A DNA stretch of 64,000 bases from a virus, in the IMG/VR virus record IMGVR_UViG_3300020724_000005. One strand, written 5' to 3'. Made by a program: the position numbers and the translations under genes. Every line of letters begins with the position of its first letter. The stretch's first letter is position 1. This document shows, piece after piece, positions 9,626 through 19,024 of the stretch. The notes under the pieces are model-generated. The model was not told the origin of the DNA and did no database searches. It saw only the letters and a list, made by a program, of their open reading frames with translations.

Positions 9626-10269
9626 TGAAACAACTTACAGAGCAGAAGCTAATAGACAATGTCGCAAAGTTCTATGATCTGATAAATAAATATCTTCCAG
9701 ATAATTCAAGAACAAAGAAGCTGATTAAATTCTATGAAGGAATAGAAGTCACTTTGACCACATCGCCAGCATCTACAAAAATACACCACCACAACTGCTT
9801 CATAGGAGGATACGTAGATCATGTTATTAGAGTCACAGAAGCTGCACTGGTAATGGACAAGGTTTGGGATAAATTTGGTGCTGCAAAAAACCATACAACT
9901 GAAGAACTTGTGTTTTCTGCTATAAATCATGATCTTGGGAAGCTTGGTACGAACTCAGATCCATACTATTTACCACAACCGTCAGAGTGGCACCAAAAGA
10001 ACCAAGGGAAGTATTTTACTTACAATCCAAAGGTAACTCACATGAAGATAGCAGATAGAAGCCTGTTTTACCTTCAGCAAGCAGGCATACAAGTATCTGA
10101 AAATGAATACATTGCAATAAAAATACATGACGGACTTTTTGAATCTGGAAATGAATCATATCTAATAACAAGTTCTCCAGACTTACAACTGAAAAGCCAC
10201 CTTCCTTGCATATTGCACCAAGCTGATCTGATGGCATCCAGAGTAGAAAACGACGTAAACAAAGCATAA
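9622..10269 (+). CDS. HD-domain phosphohydrolase
   Basis: HVIRV...INHDLGK...KIHDG...HQADLMAS spacing typical of HD superfamily. Confidence 0.7.
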   Translation: MMKQLTEQKLIDNVAKFYDLINKYLPDNSRTKKLIKFYEGIEVTLTTSPASTKIHHHNCFIGGYVDHVIRVTEAALVMDKVWDKFGAAKNHTTEELVFSAINHDLGKLGTNSDPYYLPQPSEWHQKNQGKYFTYNPKVTHMKIADRSLFYLQQAGIQVSENEYIAIKIHDGLFESGNESYLITSSPDLQLKSHLPCILHQADLMASRVENDVNKA

Positions 10270-10270
10270 T

Positions 10271-10543
10271 ATGATAGAAGTAATTTCAATAGCAATTTGG
10301 CCGCTCACAATCATCGGATATGTGATCTGGAATCTATACAACAAGAACGTTAGACTAGAAAAGATGCTCAAAAAGGAAGACGAATTTGTGAGAAAAGTTT
10401 TATCTTTGGCCGATAACATAGACAAGACAGCCGCAAAGATAGATGCAACTATGTGGGTGTCAGCTGATCAAGAGCTCAAGACGATGTTTGAAGACATCAA
10501 GACTATGCAAGAGAGCATAAAACAATTCACAGGTAAACTATGA
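10271..10543 (+). CDS. hypothetical membrane/coiled-coil protein
   Basis: N-terminal TM helix, 90 aa, ATGA-type coupling to neighbours. Confidence 0.5.
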   Translation: MIEVISIAIWPLTIIGYVIWNLYNKNVRLEKMLKKEDEFVRKVLSLADNIDKTAAKIDATMWVSADQELKTMFEDIKTMQESIKQFTGKL

Positions 10544-11280
10544 GCATGGCAGAAGAAGTTTTACTGACAAAGAAAGGGAATCCTAGAAAGAGAAAGCCAA
10601 AGTCAAAGATAGATTACTTCACTTTAGAGACACAGGATGCGATACTTAGGTACAGAGAGAGTCACAGCCAAGACGAAAGAAACAGGATATACAACGCTGA
10701 GATCCACAATGCTTTATACAAATTAGCCGAGAACATAATCCACACTTTCAAGTTTTATCACACTGAGGTTGAGAATTTGGAAGATCTAAAGTATGAAGTG
10801 ATCTCTTTCATGCTCCAAAAGCTGCATCTGTACGATACTACTAAAGGAAAGGCGTATTCTTATTTTGGCACTATAGCAAAAAGGTATCTCATAGCATACT
10901 GCCAGAGAAACTACAACAAGCTTGTAGAAAAGAAGTCTATAGATAACGTAGACAATGATGAAATGACAATAGACAGCTTGGTAATGACGCCTGGAAACGG
11001 TGAACTTAACAGGCTTGAGGTGATAGACGAGCTCATCCAGCACATAGAACTCAACATGTTCAATATGTTTGAGAAAGAAGATGAGATAAAAGCAGCAGAT
11101 GCTGTAGTTGAGATCTTGAGAAGGTCAGATACGATAGACATCTCAAACAAAAAAGTGCTCTACATCTACGTAAAGGAGATAGCGAACGTAAAATCTACAG
11201 CTATAACCCATGTGATAAACCGAATGAAAGTCATCTATAAAGGAATACTCAACAGAAAAATAGAAAACGAGGATTACTAA
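10540..11280 (+). CDS. gp55-like late sigma factor (putative)
   Basis: region-2-like layout; KAYSYFGTIAKRYLIAY resembles T4 gp55 NPHAYITQACFNAFV block; sits directly upstream of structural module. Confidence 0.5.
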   Translation: MSMAEEVLLTKKGNPRKRKPKSKIDYFTLETQDAILRYRESHSQDERNRIYNAEIHNALYKLAENIIHTFKFYHTEVENLEDLKYEVISFMLQKLHLYDTTKGKAYSYFGTIAKRYLIAYCQRNYNKLVEKKSIDNVDNDEMTIDSLVMTPGNGELNRLEVIDELIQHIELNMFNMFEKEDEIKAADAVVEILRRSDTIDISNKKVLYIYVKEIANVKSTAITHVINRMKVIYKGILNRKIENEDY

Positions 11281-11288
11281 TATTTATA
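11281..11288 (+). promoter_or_regulatory. TATTTATA upstream box (class II)
   Basis: 12 nt upstream of ATG 11301, first gene of structural block. Confidence 0.4.
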
Positions 11289-11300
11289 TAGAAAAGAACT

Positions 11301-11663
11301 ATGGCTTTAGATTTGAGTCAGACAGTGTTTGAGGGCAAAAAGCTTGAAGATCTTGTCAAAGAGGTGTATGATAACCACAAAGATCAAGACCAAAAACTAA
11401 AAACTGAGATCACTAGGCTAGCCGGGATGATATCTAATCCTGGAGACGCAGTAGTGATCATTCCTATGTTGAAAGGTCTCATGGATTCTAGCTTAAAGAA
11501 CGATGAGACTATATTGAAGCTTGTGAATGTGTTCCAGAAAGCTGCAGAAAGCTCCAAAAAAGACGACTCTGAAGATCTTGGGATACTTACAGAGAAAGAC
11601 GTAGAACAGCTTTTTCAAGAGATAAACATTATAAAAGCCCCAAAGGAGAAAGAAAATGTCTGA
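11301..11663 (+). CDS. hypothetical structural-module protein
   Basis: 120-aa ORF, overlaps next gene by 8 nt. Confidence 0.55.
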   Translation: MALDLSQTVFEGKKLEDLVKEVYDNHKDQDQKLKTEITRLAGMISNPGDAVVIIPMLKGLMDSSLKNDETILKLVNVFQKAAESSKKDDSEDLGILTEKDVEQLFQEINIIKAPKEKENV

Positions 11664-12573
11664 TGCTTTAGGTAGGAACCATGGATCTGGCATAATGCCA
11701 AAAGGAAGCACCAGCTTTTTTATGGGACGTGTCAAAAACATAGTCCTTGGTCCGTATTTAGATAATACAAAAACACCAAATCCAGACTACAATTCAGCAG
11801 CAGATGTAGGAAAGATCATATTTGAGCTTCCTTACGGAGACATAACTAGCACCAAGTACAATAAAGAAAACAGACCAGCATACCCAATGTTCGGTTTTCT
11901 CAGACAGTACCCTTTGATAGGAGAGATAGTTTTTATAGTAGCTGGACCATCTGACAAGCTAAACGATCATAAAGATCACCAAAAGTTGTTTTACTTGCCT
12001 GCGTATGCTCTGTGGAATTCTGTGAACCACAACGTGTTCCCAAACATGCAGGAATTCAACCAATTCCAACAGCAGATAGCAATGAAACCTGGGTATACAG
12101 GATACCCATCTAGGTCAGGCAACCCTCCAGAGTTTCCTAAAGGAAGTACATTTACAGAATCTTCTGACATAAGGACTTTAACTCCGTTTGAGGGAGATGC
12201 TGTGATAGAAGGAAGATTCGGTCAATCTATAAGATTTGGATCTACTGTAAGCAAATTCAAAGGATATAACTCTTGGTCTGATGTTGGGACGAATGGATCT
12301 CCTATAACTATAATAAGGAATGGTCAGGGCAAAGTTACTAGCCCAAAAGATCCTTTTGCGAGCACAGTAGAAGACATAAACACAGATGGAGCATCTATAT
12401 ACATGACTTCTGACCAGAGGATAGTTATAGATGATCTTTCAAACTTTCCTATGAATTCTTACGGAAAGTCAATAGTGTCTACTGCAGTGTCTAATGTGGT
12501 GTCAGTGTTTGAAAAGCCTACTTCTAATGACTACTCGGCTGCTTCAGATCAAGACGAAAAAACGTTCAGCTAA
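11656..12573 (+). CDS. baseplate hub/central spike-like protein
   Basis: N-terminal GRVKNIVLG OB-like start and GDAVIEGRFGQSIRFGS block reminiscent of gp5/gpV spikes; position before gp25/J genes. Confidence 0.4.
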   Translation: MSDALGRNHGSGIMPKGSTSFFMGRVKNIVLGPYLDNTKTPNPDYNSAADVGKIIFELPYGDITSTKYNKENRPAYPMFGFLRQYPLIGEIVFIVAGPSDKLNDHKDHQKLFYLPAYALWNSVNHNVFPNMQEFNQFQQQIAMKPGYTGYPSRSGNPPEFPKGSTFTESSDIRTLTPFEGDAVIEGRFGQSIRFGSTVSKFKGYNSWSDVGTNGSPITIIRNGQGKVTSPKDPFASTVEDINTDGASIYMTSDQRIVIDDLSNFPMNSYGKSIVSTAVSNVVSVFEKPTSNDYSAASDQDEKTFS

Positions 12574-13025
12574 TGACAAAACCAGAATTTCCATTCTTAG
12601 GACCACAGACTATAATCAGTTCAGATAGAGTTACTCTCCATTCAAAAAAGGATGGTGTTTTTCTTTTCGGTAAATCGACTGTTGGATTATCTTCAGTTGG
12701 AACTGTAAATCTGGATTCTAATGAGCAAGTGCTAATAGATGCACCAAAAATAACTTTAGGACATCAAGCAGATATTCTGGGAAATCAAGCAGTCTTAGGA
12801 AATCAGCTTCTTGGATCTTTAAACACTCTGCTAGATTCTTTAAATACTTTAGGAGATGCTCTAGCAAAAGTAGATGGAACTACTCCGATTTCTACTAAAA
12901 TAAGCCTTACCATGCTTAAAGTAGTAGGAGATAATCTAAAACAGGTCGTGACTATAATTAAAACAACGATAAATGATACAGATCCAGACGTAGGGATACT
13001 GTCAAACACAACATACACAAGGTAA
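12573..13025 (+). CDS. spike/needle-like beta-rich protein
   Basis: ATGA-coupled; short beta-strand repeats (VTLHSKKDGVFLFGKSTVGLSSVGTVNLDS). Confidence 0.4.
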   Translation: MTKPEFPFLGPQTIISSDRVTLHSKKDGVFLFGKSTVGLSSVGTVNLDSNEQVLIDAPKITLGHQADILGNQAVLGNQLLGSLNTLLDSLNTLGDALAKVDGTTPISTKISLTMLKVVGDNLKQVVTIIKTTINDTDPDVGILSNTTYTR

Positions 13026-14836
13026 TGCCACAAAAAACACCAGGACCCATAGCAGATCTTTCAGCATCTTACATGAGATTGATGGAAGCCTTAAGCACAT
13101 CTACGGCGATCTCAACGTCTTTAGATGCTTCTGTTGGTACTACTGCTGCCACTGGAATGGCCAAAGCATCAAAAAGCATATGGCAGACTATGTGGGATTA
13201 CCTAAAAAAGATACCTGGACAGCTGTTTGGGGGCACTGGAGGATCTGGAAAAAGTGCTAGTGACCCTAGTCAGTTAGGCATAGCTAAGGTTTTAGAAATA
13301 CTAGCTTCTATAGACTTGTGTTCTGTGATAAACACGTTGTCTAATCTTAAAGGAAAAGCGATATTTGATCCAAATAACCCACCAAAAGAATCAGGACTTC
13401 CATATACTAAATGGAAAGTACAAAAGGCGGCATATGACATCCAAAAAAGCCTGGATGCATTTTCTGCAGTATATGAAGCAACATCAGATCCTGCTGCTAC
13501 AATAAACAACTTGCTACTAGAGCTTGTTCCACTGCTAGAAGTAATAGTGGGACCTGCCTATTTAGGAGATCCTCAGATAAAACAATCATTTCCACAGACC
13601 TCGCCCTTCAACAATTTTATATCAGATCTAATACAAAAGCTGCTTAAAACAGAGAGGATAAACAATTCTAATAAGCCAGCAATAAAATCTATACTGACTT
13701 CAGTCGGACTTTTAAGACAGATATGCGTATTAATACAAGGCCTAACATCTCCAGCCAACCTGGCATCATATACAAGTAGCATTATAGATCCAAAGGTCGT
13801 GAAGTCTATAGATAGGCTTGGAGTAAATAACATGAACGTAAAGCAGATCATCGTGACTCTTACCCAGGTTCAAAAGAAACTAACTGCGATAGAAAGAACT
13901 CTTGCTGTAATAACAAACACCCTGTCTAGGGTGCAAGCATTCATAAAGATCTGTCTTTCTATAGTAAAGATATTCAAAATAATAATAAACTTCTTGAAAG
14001 CGCTTCCTATGCCTACCATGTACACTACAGTGGGCATAAATGTAACAATGTCTGAGGCAGAAAGGGAGCTGTCAGACGAATCAGACAGAATGATCGCAAT
14101 ATTAAGCGAGCTGAATATCATGATGGCCATAATAATATCAATGCTCCAAGCAGTAACAGGGGTCATAGATCTATTACTGACAAGCATGGATTCTATAGTA
14201 ACAAATCTTGAGTCTTGCACTAGAGGTGGAACAAATGAACCTCACATGCAAATGCTAAAAGATATCAAGCAGACAGTTCAAAACATAAGATCTAGCAATG
14301 ATGATGTTAAATCGTATATAGACAACTGTAGAAACAAAAAGAATAATAGCGATCTTTCATATTATAACTACACTATAAAAATACTCACCGAAGTAATAAA
14401 TGACAAGGAAGTTCAGAGTATCACTATACCTAGAAGGTATGGAATAGCAGTAAATTCAGCTGGAATAGAAGTAGTATCTACCGACCCTACGTATGCTTCA
14501 GATGATAGTATAATAATATCAGAGGTCAAATTGCTTTTAAACTCAAAACATCTAATAAAATCAAATCCGAACGCGTTGTCTTTAGAAGAACAGGCCATCG
14601 TGGAAGAATCTTCAAATTTTTTGGTAGACGATACAACTCCTATGGATGACATCCCTATAGATAGCCCAACAGACCAGATAGATGCTCCAGACAACGAAGA
14701 CGATAATAAAGGACTCGGAATCAACGCGTTCTTCAATAAACAGAAAGGTGGAAGGAAAATGAGAGAGAAAGTAAGAAAAATAATGAATCAGAGCAAACAA
14801 AAGCTAAATTCTGATCTACAAAACGTAAAAAAATAG
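13025..14836 (+). CDS. large baseplate/tail-associated protein
   Basis: 603 aa, long helical and hydrophobic segments (IKICLSIVKIFKIIINFL, IMMAIIISMLQAV); function unassigned. Confidence 0.6.
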   Translation: MPQKTPGPIADLSASYMRLMEALSTSTAISTSLDASVGTTAATGMAKASKSIWQTMWDYLKKIPGQLFGGTGGSGKSASDPSQLGIAKVLEILASIDLCSVINTLSNLKGKAIFDPNNPPKESGLPYTKWKVQKAAYDIQKSLDAFSAVYEATSDPAATINNLLLELVPLLEVIVGPAYLGDPQIKQSFPQTSPFNNFISDLIQKLLKTERINNSNKPAIKSILTSVGLLRQICVLIQGLTSPANLASYTSSIIDPKVVKSIDRLGVNNMNVKQIIVTLTQVQKKLTAIERTLAVITNTLSRVQAFIKICLSIVKIFKIIINFLKALPMPTMYTTVGINVTMSEAERELSDESDRMIAILSELNIMMAIIISMLQAVTGVIDLLLTSMDSIVTNLESCTRGGTNEPHMQMLKDIKQTVQNIRSSNDDVKSYIDNCRNKKNNSDLSYYNYTIKILTEVINDKEVQSITIPRRYGIAVNSAGIEVVSTDPTYASDDSIIISEVKLLLNSKHLIKSNPNALSLEEQAIVEESSNFLVDDTTPMDDIPIDSPTDQIDAPDNEDDNKGLGINAFFNKQKGGRKMREKVRKIMNQSKQKLNSDLQNVKK

Positions 14837-14844
14837 TATTTATA
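14837..14844 (+). promoter_or_regulatory. TATTTATA upstream box (class II)
   Basis: 4 nt before ATG 14849. Confidence 0.3.
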
Positions 14845-14848
14845 GAAT

Positions 14849-15319
14849 ATGACAAAGTCGCAGTTATTTAGAAAAATGATCCGAGAAGAGGTACAAAAGG
14901 CTCTTCGTGAGGAAATGCCTAAGATACTTAGGGAGATCAAGTCTGTGCCAGAATCAAAGACTTCGTTGAAAGAGACAGTAGCGGACATGTACGGAGTGCC
15001 TTTAACGTTGAATCAACCAAAAAAGACGCCACAAAACAAACAAAACATGCCAGCTTTTGCAAACAACCAAGCTTTGAATAGCCTTTTGCAAGAAACTATG
15101 TTAAGCATGACCAGCGATGATGCTGCTGGATTTGGATACAACACAGAAGAACAGCATCCAGGAGTGGTATTTCAACCGAAAGAAGACAAAGTAGGTAGCG
15201 TAGATGACATGCTGGCAACTGCAAGAGGAGCTGGAAACATAGAGGCTGTACAAGTAAACGTGGTACCTGACTTTAGTGCTTTGATGGACAGATTACTAGA
15301 AAAAGGAGACATAAAGTAA
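14849..15319 (+). CDS. hypothetical structural-module protein
   Basis: 156-aa ORF in co-oriented operon. Confidence 0.55.
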   Translation: MTKSQLFRKMIREEVQKALREEMPKILREIKSVPESKTSLKETVADMYGVPLTLNQPKKTPQNKQNMPAFANNQALNSLLQETMLSMTSDDAAGFGYNTEEQHPGVVFQPKEDKVGSVDDMLATARGAGNIEAVQVNVVPDFSALMDRLLEKGDIK

Positions 15320-15320
15320 C

Positions 15321-15734
15321 ATGGCATACAATCTGACCCAGATCCCTATAGCAGACCTAAAGCCGTCAATGGCGCTTGGTGTGGCGATACCGTTTCAAGC
15401 ACCTGGAGCATTCACATCAGTCTATACGACATTAGAGCAGACAAAGTATAACATAATTAACTTTATGCTTACTGATCAGGGAGAGAGGCCGTTCAATCCA
15501 AACTTTGGAGCAGGGCTTAGATCTAGATTGTTTGAGCAGATAACTCAAGATGGACTTGACAGCCTAAAGCAGACAATATCCAACCAAATAGAGTTATACT
15601 TCTCAAATGTGATGGTAGATCAACTAAGCATCACTGGAAATCCAAACGACAATTCCATATCTATAATATTGACGTACACTCTAAAGAACATACAATCAAG
15701 CGACAGCTTAGTGCTAAAGATACAAAACGGATAA
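15321..15734 (+). CDS. baseplate wedge protein, gp25/GPW-like
   Basis: NIINFMLTDQGERPFNPNFGAGLRSRLFE matches GPW_gp25 core (TxxGERxxxPxFGxxLxxxxFE). Confidence 0.75.
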   Translation: MAYNLTQIPIADLKPSMALGVAIPFQAPGAFTSVYTTLEQTKYNIINFMLTDQGERPFNPNFGAGLRSRLFEQITQDGLDSLKQTISNQIELYFSNVMVDQLSITGNPNDNSISIILTYTLKNIQSSDSLVLKIQNG

Positions 15735-15737
15735 AAG

Positions 15738-17576
15738 ATGGCAAATCAAACCATAGACATAAAATACATAAACAAGAACTTTTCTTCGTTTAAAAATGAC
15801 CTGATAGAGTATGCACAAGCATACTATCCCACAGTCTACACTGATTTCAATCAGGCATCTCCAGGCACAATGTTCATTGAGATGGCATCTTATATAGGAG
15901 ATGTTATGTCATTCTACTTAGACAACCAGATACAAGAAACGTTTGTTCAGTATGCAAAGCAACCAAACAATCTGTACACCCTTGCATACATGTTAGGTTA
16001 CAGACCAAAGGTGACATCTGTAGCTTTAGTAGATCTAGATGTATACCAACAAGTCCCAGCAGTTACTGTAGGTGGTCTGCAGTATCCAGATTTTTCCTAT
16101 GCCTTTACCATAAACGAAGGCATGCAAGTAAAATCTAACGTAAACTCTTCTGTGGTATTCTATGTTCCGGAAAAGGTAGATTTTACAACGTCCTCTTCTT
16201 TGAGTCCTACAGACGTAACAATATATACCGCTACTGGAACTGGAGTTCCGACTTCATATCTCCTAAAGAAAACTGTACAGGCAATATCTGGACAAATGAA
16301 GACTGCAAATTTCAGCTTTGGATCTGCTCAAAGGTTTAGCACAGTGTCAATAAACGACACGAACATAGTATCTATAGTATCTGCAAAAGATACTGCTGGA
16401 AACAACTGGTATGAAGTGCCTTATCTTGCCCAAGACTACATTCTTTTGAGATCTAACAATACGGCGTCTGATAATAACCAGGTACCTTACATGATACAAA
16501 AGACGTATGTTCCTGGAAGATTCACTTCTAGATTCAAATCAGATTCATCTCTCACCATAGAGTTTGGATCTGGAGTAAACAATGTAGCAGACACCGCAGT
16601 AGTGCCTGATCCAAACACAGTGAGTGTGGGCCTTACTCCAGGCGGGCTAAGCCAGATGTACACAGCATTTGATCCAACTAACTTTGTAACTACTCAGACT
16701 TACGGACTTGCTCCTCAAAACACCACTATAACAATATCATATCTAGTGGGCGGTGGTGCATCTGCAAATGTTTTGTCAAATCAACTTACAAGCGTAGGAA
16801 ACTTTACGATCACAGGAAACTCAACCTACCAGAATACTGTAGTTACAAACAACCCAAATCCGGCATCTGGAGGAGGTGACGGAGATACGGTAGATGAGGT
16901 GAGGATGAACTCTATGGTCCAATTTGGAACACAATACAGAGCAGTGACGCAACAAGACTACCTTGCAAGAGCACTCAGCATGCCTGGAGATTTTGGGAAA
17001 GTATCTAAAGCATACATAACTAAAGATGACGTTACGTTTGGAAGCTATTTAGCAAATGATCCAGCTGACAGAGACCCAATACTCGTCAGTCTTTATGTTC
17101 TTGGGCTTGACATCAATGGAAATCTTGCAGCTCCTACTGAAAACCTGATAAGCAATTTACAGACGTATCTTCAAGATTATAGAATGCTGACTGATGCTAT
17201 CAATATAAAACCTGGATACATCATCAACATAGGAGTCAACTTTGATATATCATTGAGACCTAACTACAACTCCCAAGATGTTCTTGCAAGAGCACTATCA
17301 GCAGTACAGGACTTTTTTAATACAGATAACTGGCAGATAAACCAACCAATAATACTAAGCAACCTATACTCAACGCTAGACTCAGTAGAAGGAGTTCAAA
17401 CTGTAAAGAACGTGCAAATAGTGAATTTGACTGGTGTAGCAAACGGATACTCTCAATATAGCTATGACATACAAGCTGGAACATTTGACAATGTGATCTA
17501 TCCATCTTTGGACCCAAGCATTTTTGAAGTAAAATACCTGAACACAGACATAAAAGGACGTGTTGTAACAATGTAA
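15738..17576 (+). CDS. baseplate J / gp6-like wedge protein
   Basis: follows gp25-like gene; N-term FNQASPGTMFIEMASYIGDVMSFYLDNQIQE typical of Baseplate_J. Confidence 0.7.
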   Translation: MANQTIDIKYINKNFSSFKNDLIEYAQAYYPTVYTDFNQASPGTMFIEMASYIGDVMSFYLDNQIQETFVQYAKQPNNLYTLAYMLGYRPKVTSVALVDLDVYQQVPAVTVGGLQYPDFSYAFTINEGMQVKSNVNSSVVFYVPEKVDFTTSSSLSPTDVTIYTATGTGVPTSYLLKKTVQAISGQMKTANFSFGSAQRFSTVSINDTNIVSIVSAKDTAGNNWYEVPYLAQDYILLRSNNTASDNNQVPYMIQKTYVPGRFTSRFKSDSSLTIEFGSGVNNVADTAVVPDPNTVSVGLTPGGLSQMYTAFDPTNFVTTQTYGLAPQNTTITISYLVGGGASANVLSNQLTSVGNFTITGNSTYQNTVVTNNPNPASGGGDGDTVDEVRMNSMVQFGTQYRAVTQQDYLARALSMPGDFGKVSKAYITKDDVTFGSYLANDPADRDPILVSLYVLGLDINGNLAAPTENLISNLQTYLQDYRMLTDAINIKPGYIINIGVNFDISLRPNYNSQDVLARALSAVQDFFNTDNWQINQPIILSNLYSTLDSVEGVQTVKNVQIVNLTGVANGYSQYSYDIQAGTFDNVIYPSLDPSIFEVKYLNTDIKGRVVTM

Positions 17577-17586
17577 AATACCAACA

Positions 17587-18684
17587 ATGGCAGTATATAA
17601 GATATTCGCTTCGGCAGATGCAACGCTATACTCAGCGTATCCTACACAGAACACAGGTCTTGATGAGATCTTAGAAGTCGCATGTAAAAATAGCTCTGTG
17701 CCATCTGCTGTTCTTAGCTCAGGTGGAGGCGATGACATTCGTAGAGCGATGATTAAATTTAGCGGTGCTGATTTAAATACAGCATTTAGATTTTTTAATA
17801 CAAGTGGGTATACTTATGATGCGTATCTAAGATTGTATCTTGCAACAGCAGAGAATCTTTCAAAAAACTATACATTAGAGATCGGAGAAGTATCTCAGTC
17901 TTGGACTATGGGAACGGGTAAATTCTTAGATGACCCTGCTGCCACAAACGGAGTATGTTGGTCTACTTCTGATTCTATTACTCCATGGGTAAATCCTATA
18001 TATTACAACACTCCAGGAGGGGGTAATTGGGTATCAGGAAAAATTTCAGAAGACGTATTTGATTATAAAGATAATAAAGACATAAATGTTCAAGTAAATG
18101 ATATTGTAAATTCGTGGGCTACTACCGGTACAAATAACGGATTCATCGTTAAGTTTCCAATAGAAGTAGAACAGAACTCTGGTAGCTACATAGGGCTTAG
18201 CTTTTTCAGCGTAGATACTCACACCATATATGCACCTACGTTGGAGTTCAGATGGGACGATTCTACCTATGATACTTCTAGTCTCAGCGTGGTAGACAAC
18301 AGCAACATCATAGTGACCATAGCAAACAATCCAGGGACTTTCAAGTATGAGACGTCTGGATATGGTGGACTATACAACTTCAGGATAGCGGCAAGGGATA
18401 AGTTCCCAGCAAGAGCGTTCGTTACTTCTTCTGTGTACACCGTCAATAAAGTCTTGCCTGCTACTTCTTACTGGGCTATACAAGACGTTAAGACAGAAGA
18501 GATGGTGATCGATTATGACGTAAATTATACAAAGATAAGCTGTGATTCTAACGGATCTTTCTTTCCTTTTTTTACCGGAGGATTGGAACCCGAAAGATAT
18601 TATAAAATATTAATAAAAATTGTATTAGATTCTGGAGAGACTATAGAGATCGATAACAACAGCGTATTTAAAATAGTAAGATAG
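17587..18684 (+). CDS. structural protein (carbohydrate-binding-like N-domain)
   Basis: 365 aa; ASADATLYSAYPTQNTGLDEILEV resembles DNRLRE-type domain start (low certainty). Confidence 0.55.
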   Translation: MAVYKIFASADATLYSAYPTQNTGLDEILEVACKNSSVPSAVLSSGGGDDIRRAMIKFSGADLNTAFRFFNTSGYTYDAYLRLYLATAENLSKNYTLEIGEVSQSWTMGTGKFLDDPAATNGVCWSTSDSITPWVNPIYYNTPGGGNWVSGKISEDVFDYKDNKDINVQVNDIVNSWATTGTNNGFIVKFPIEVEQNSGSYIGLSFFSVDTHTIYAPTLEFRWDDSTYDTSSLSVVDNSNIIVTIANNPGTFKYETSGYGGLYNFRIAARDKFPARAFVTSSVYTVNKVLPATSYWAIQDVKTEEMVIDYDVNYTKISCDSNGSFFPFFTGGLEPERYYKILIKIVLDSGETIEIDNNSVFKIVR

Positions 18685-18685
18685 C

Positions 18686-19024
18686 ATGGAAAGCTTTGAT
18701 CTAGTAAAAGAAGTCAGAGGTTTAAATACCTACAAGAAGGCGATAGATACAGGCTTTTCTGAGCTTGTAAGTCCTGCTCCTACGGTTAACGTGAGCGCAG
18801 TTACCGTATCAGACTTTTTCACTTACTACGATCAGCTTTTCTTTGACATACCAGTTTCAGGATCTACAAACTCCCACATGTACTTGGTACAAAGAAGCCA
18901 ACAATACATAGGAGGAAATACAGTAGATATAGAAAAACAAGCTCTCATAGAAGAAATAAACTCTCTGAGACAGCAGCTTGTTAGTTTGAGTGAAACATAC
19001 CTTAACATAAGTGAAATATCATAA
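18686..19024 (+). CDS. hypothetical structural-module protein
   Basis: 112 aa, coiled-coil C-term, ATAATG coupling. Confidence 0.5.
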   Translation: MESFDLVKEVRGLNTYKKAIDTGFSELVSPAPTVNVSAVTVSDFFTYYDQLFFDIPVSGSTNSHMYLVQRSQQYIGGNTVDIEKQALIEEINSLRQQLVSLSETYLNISEIS

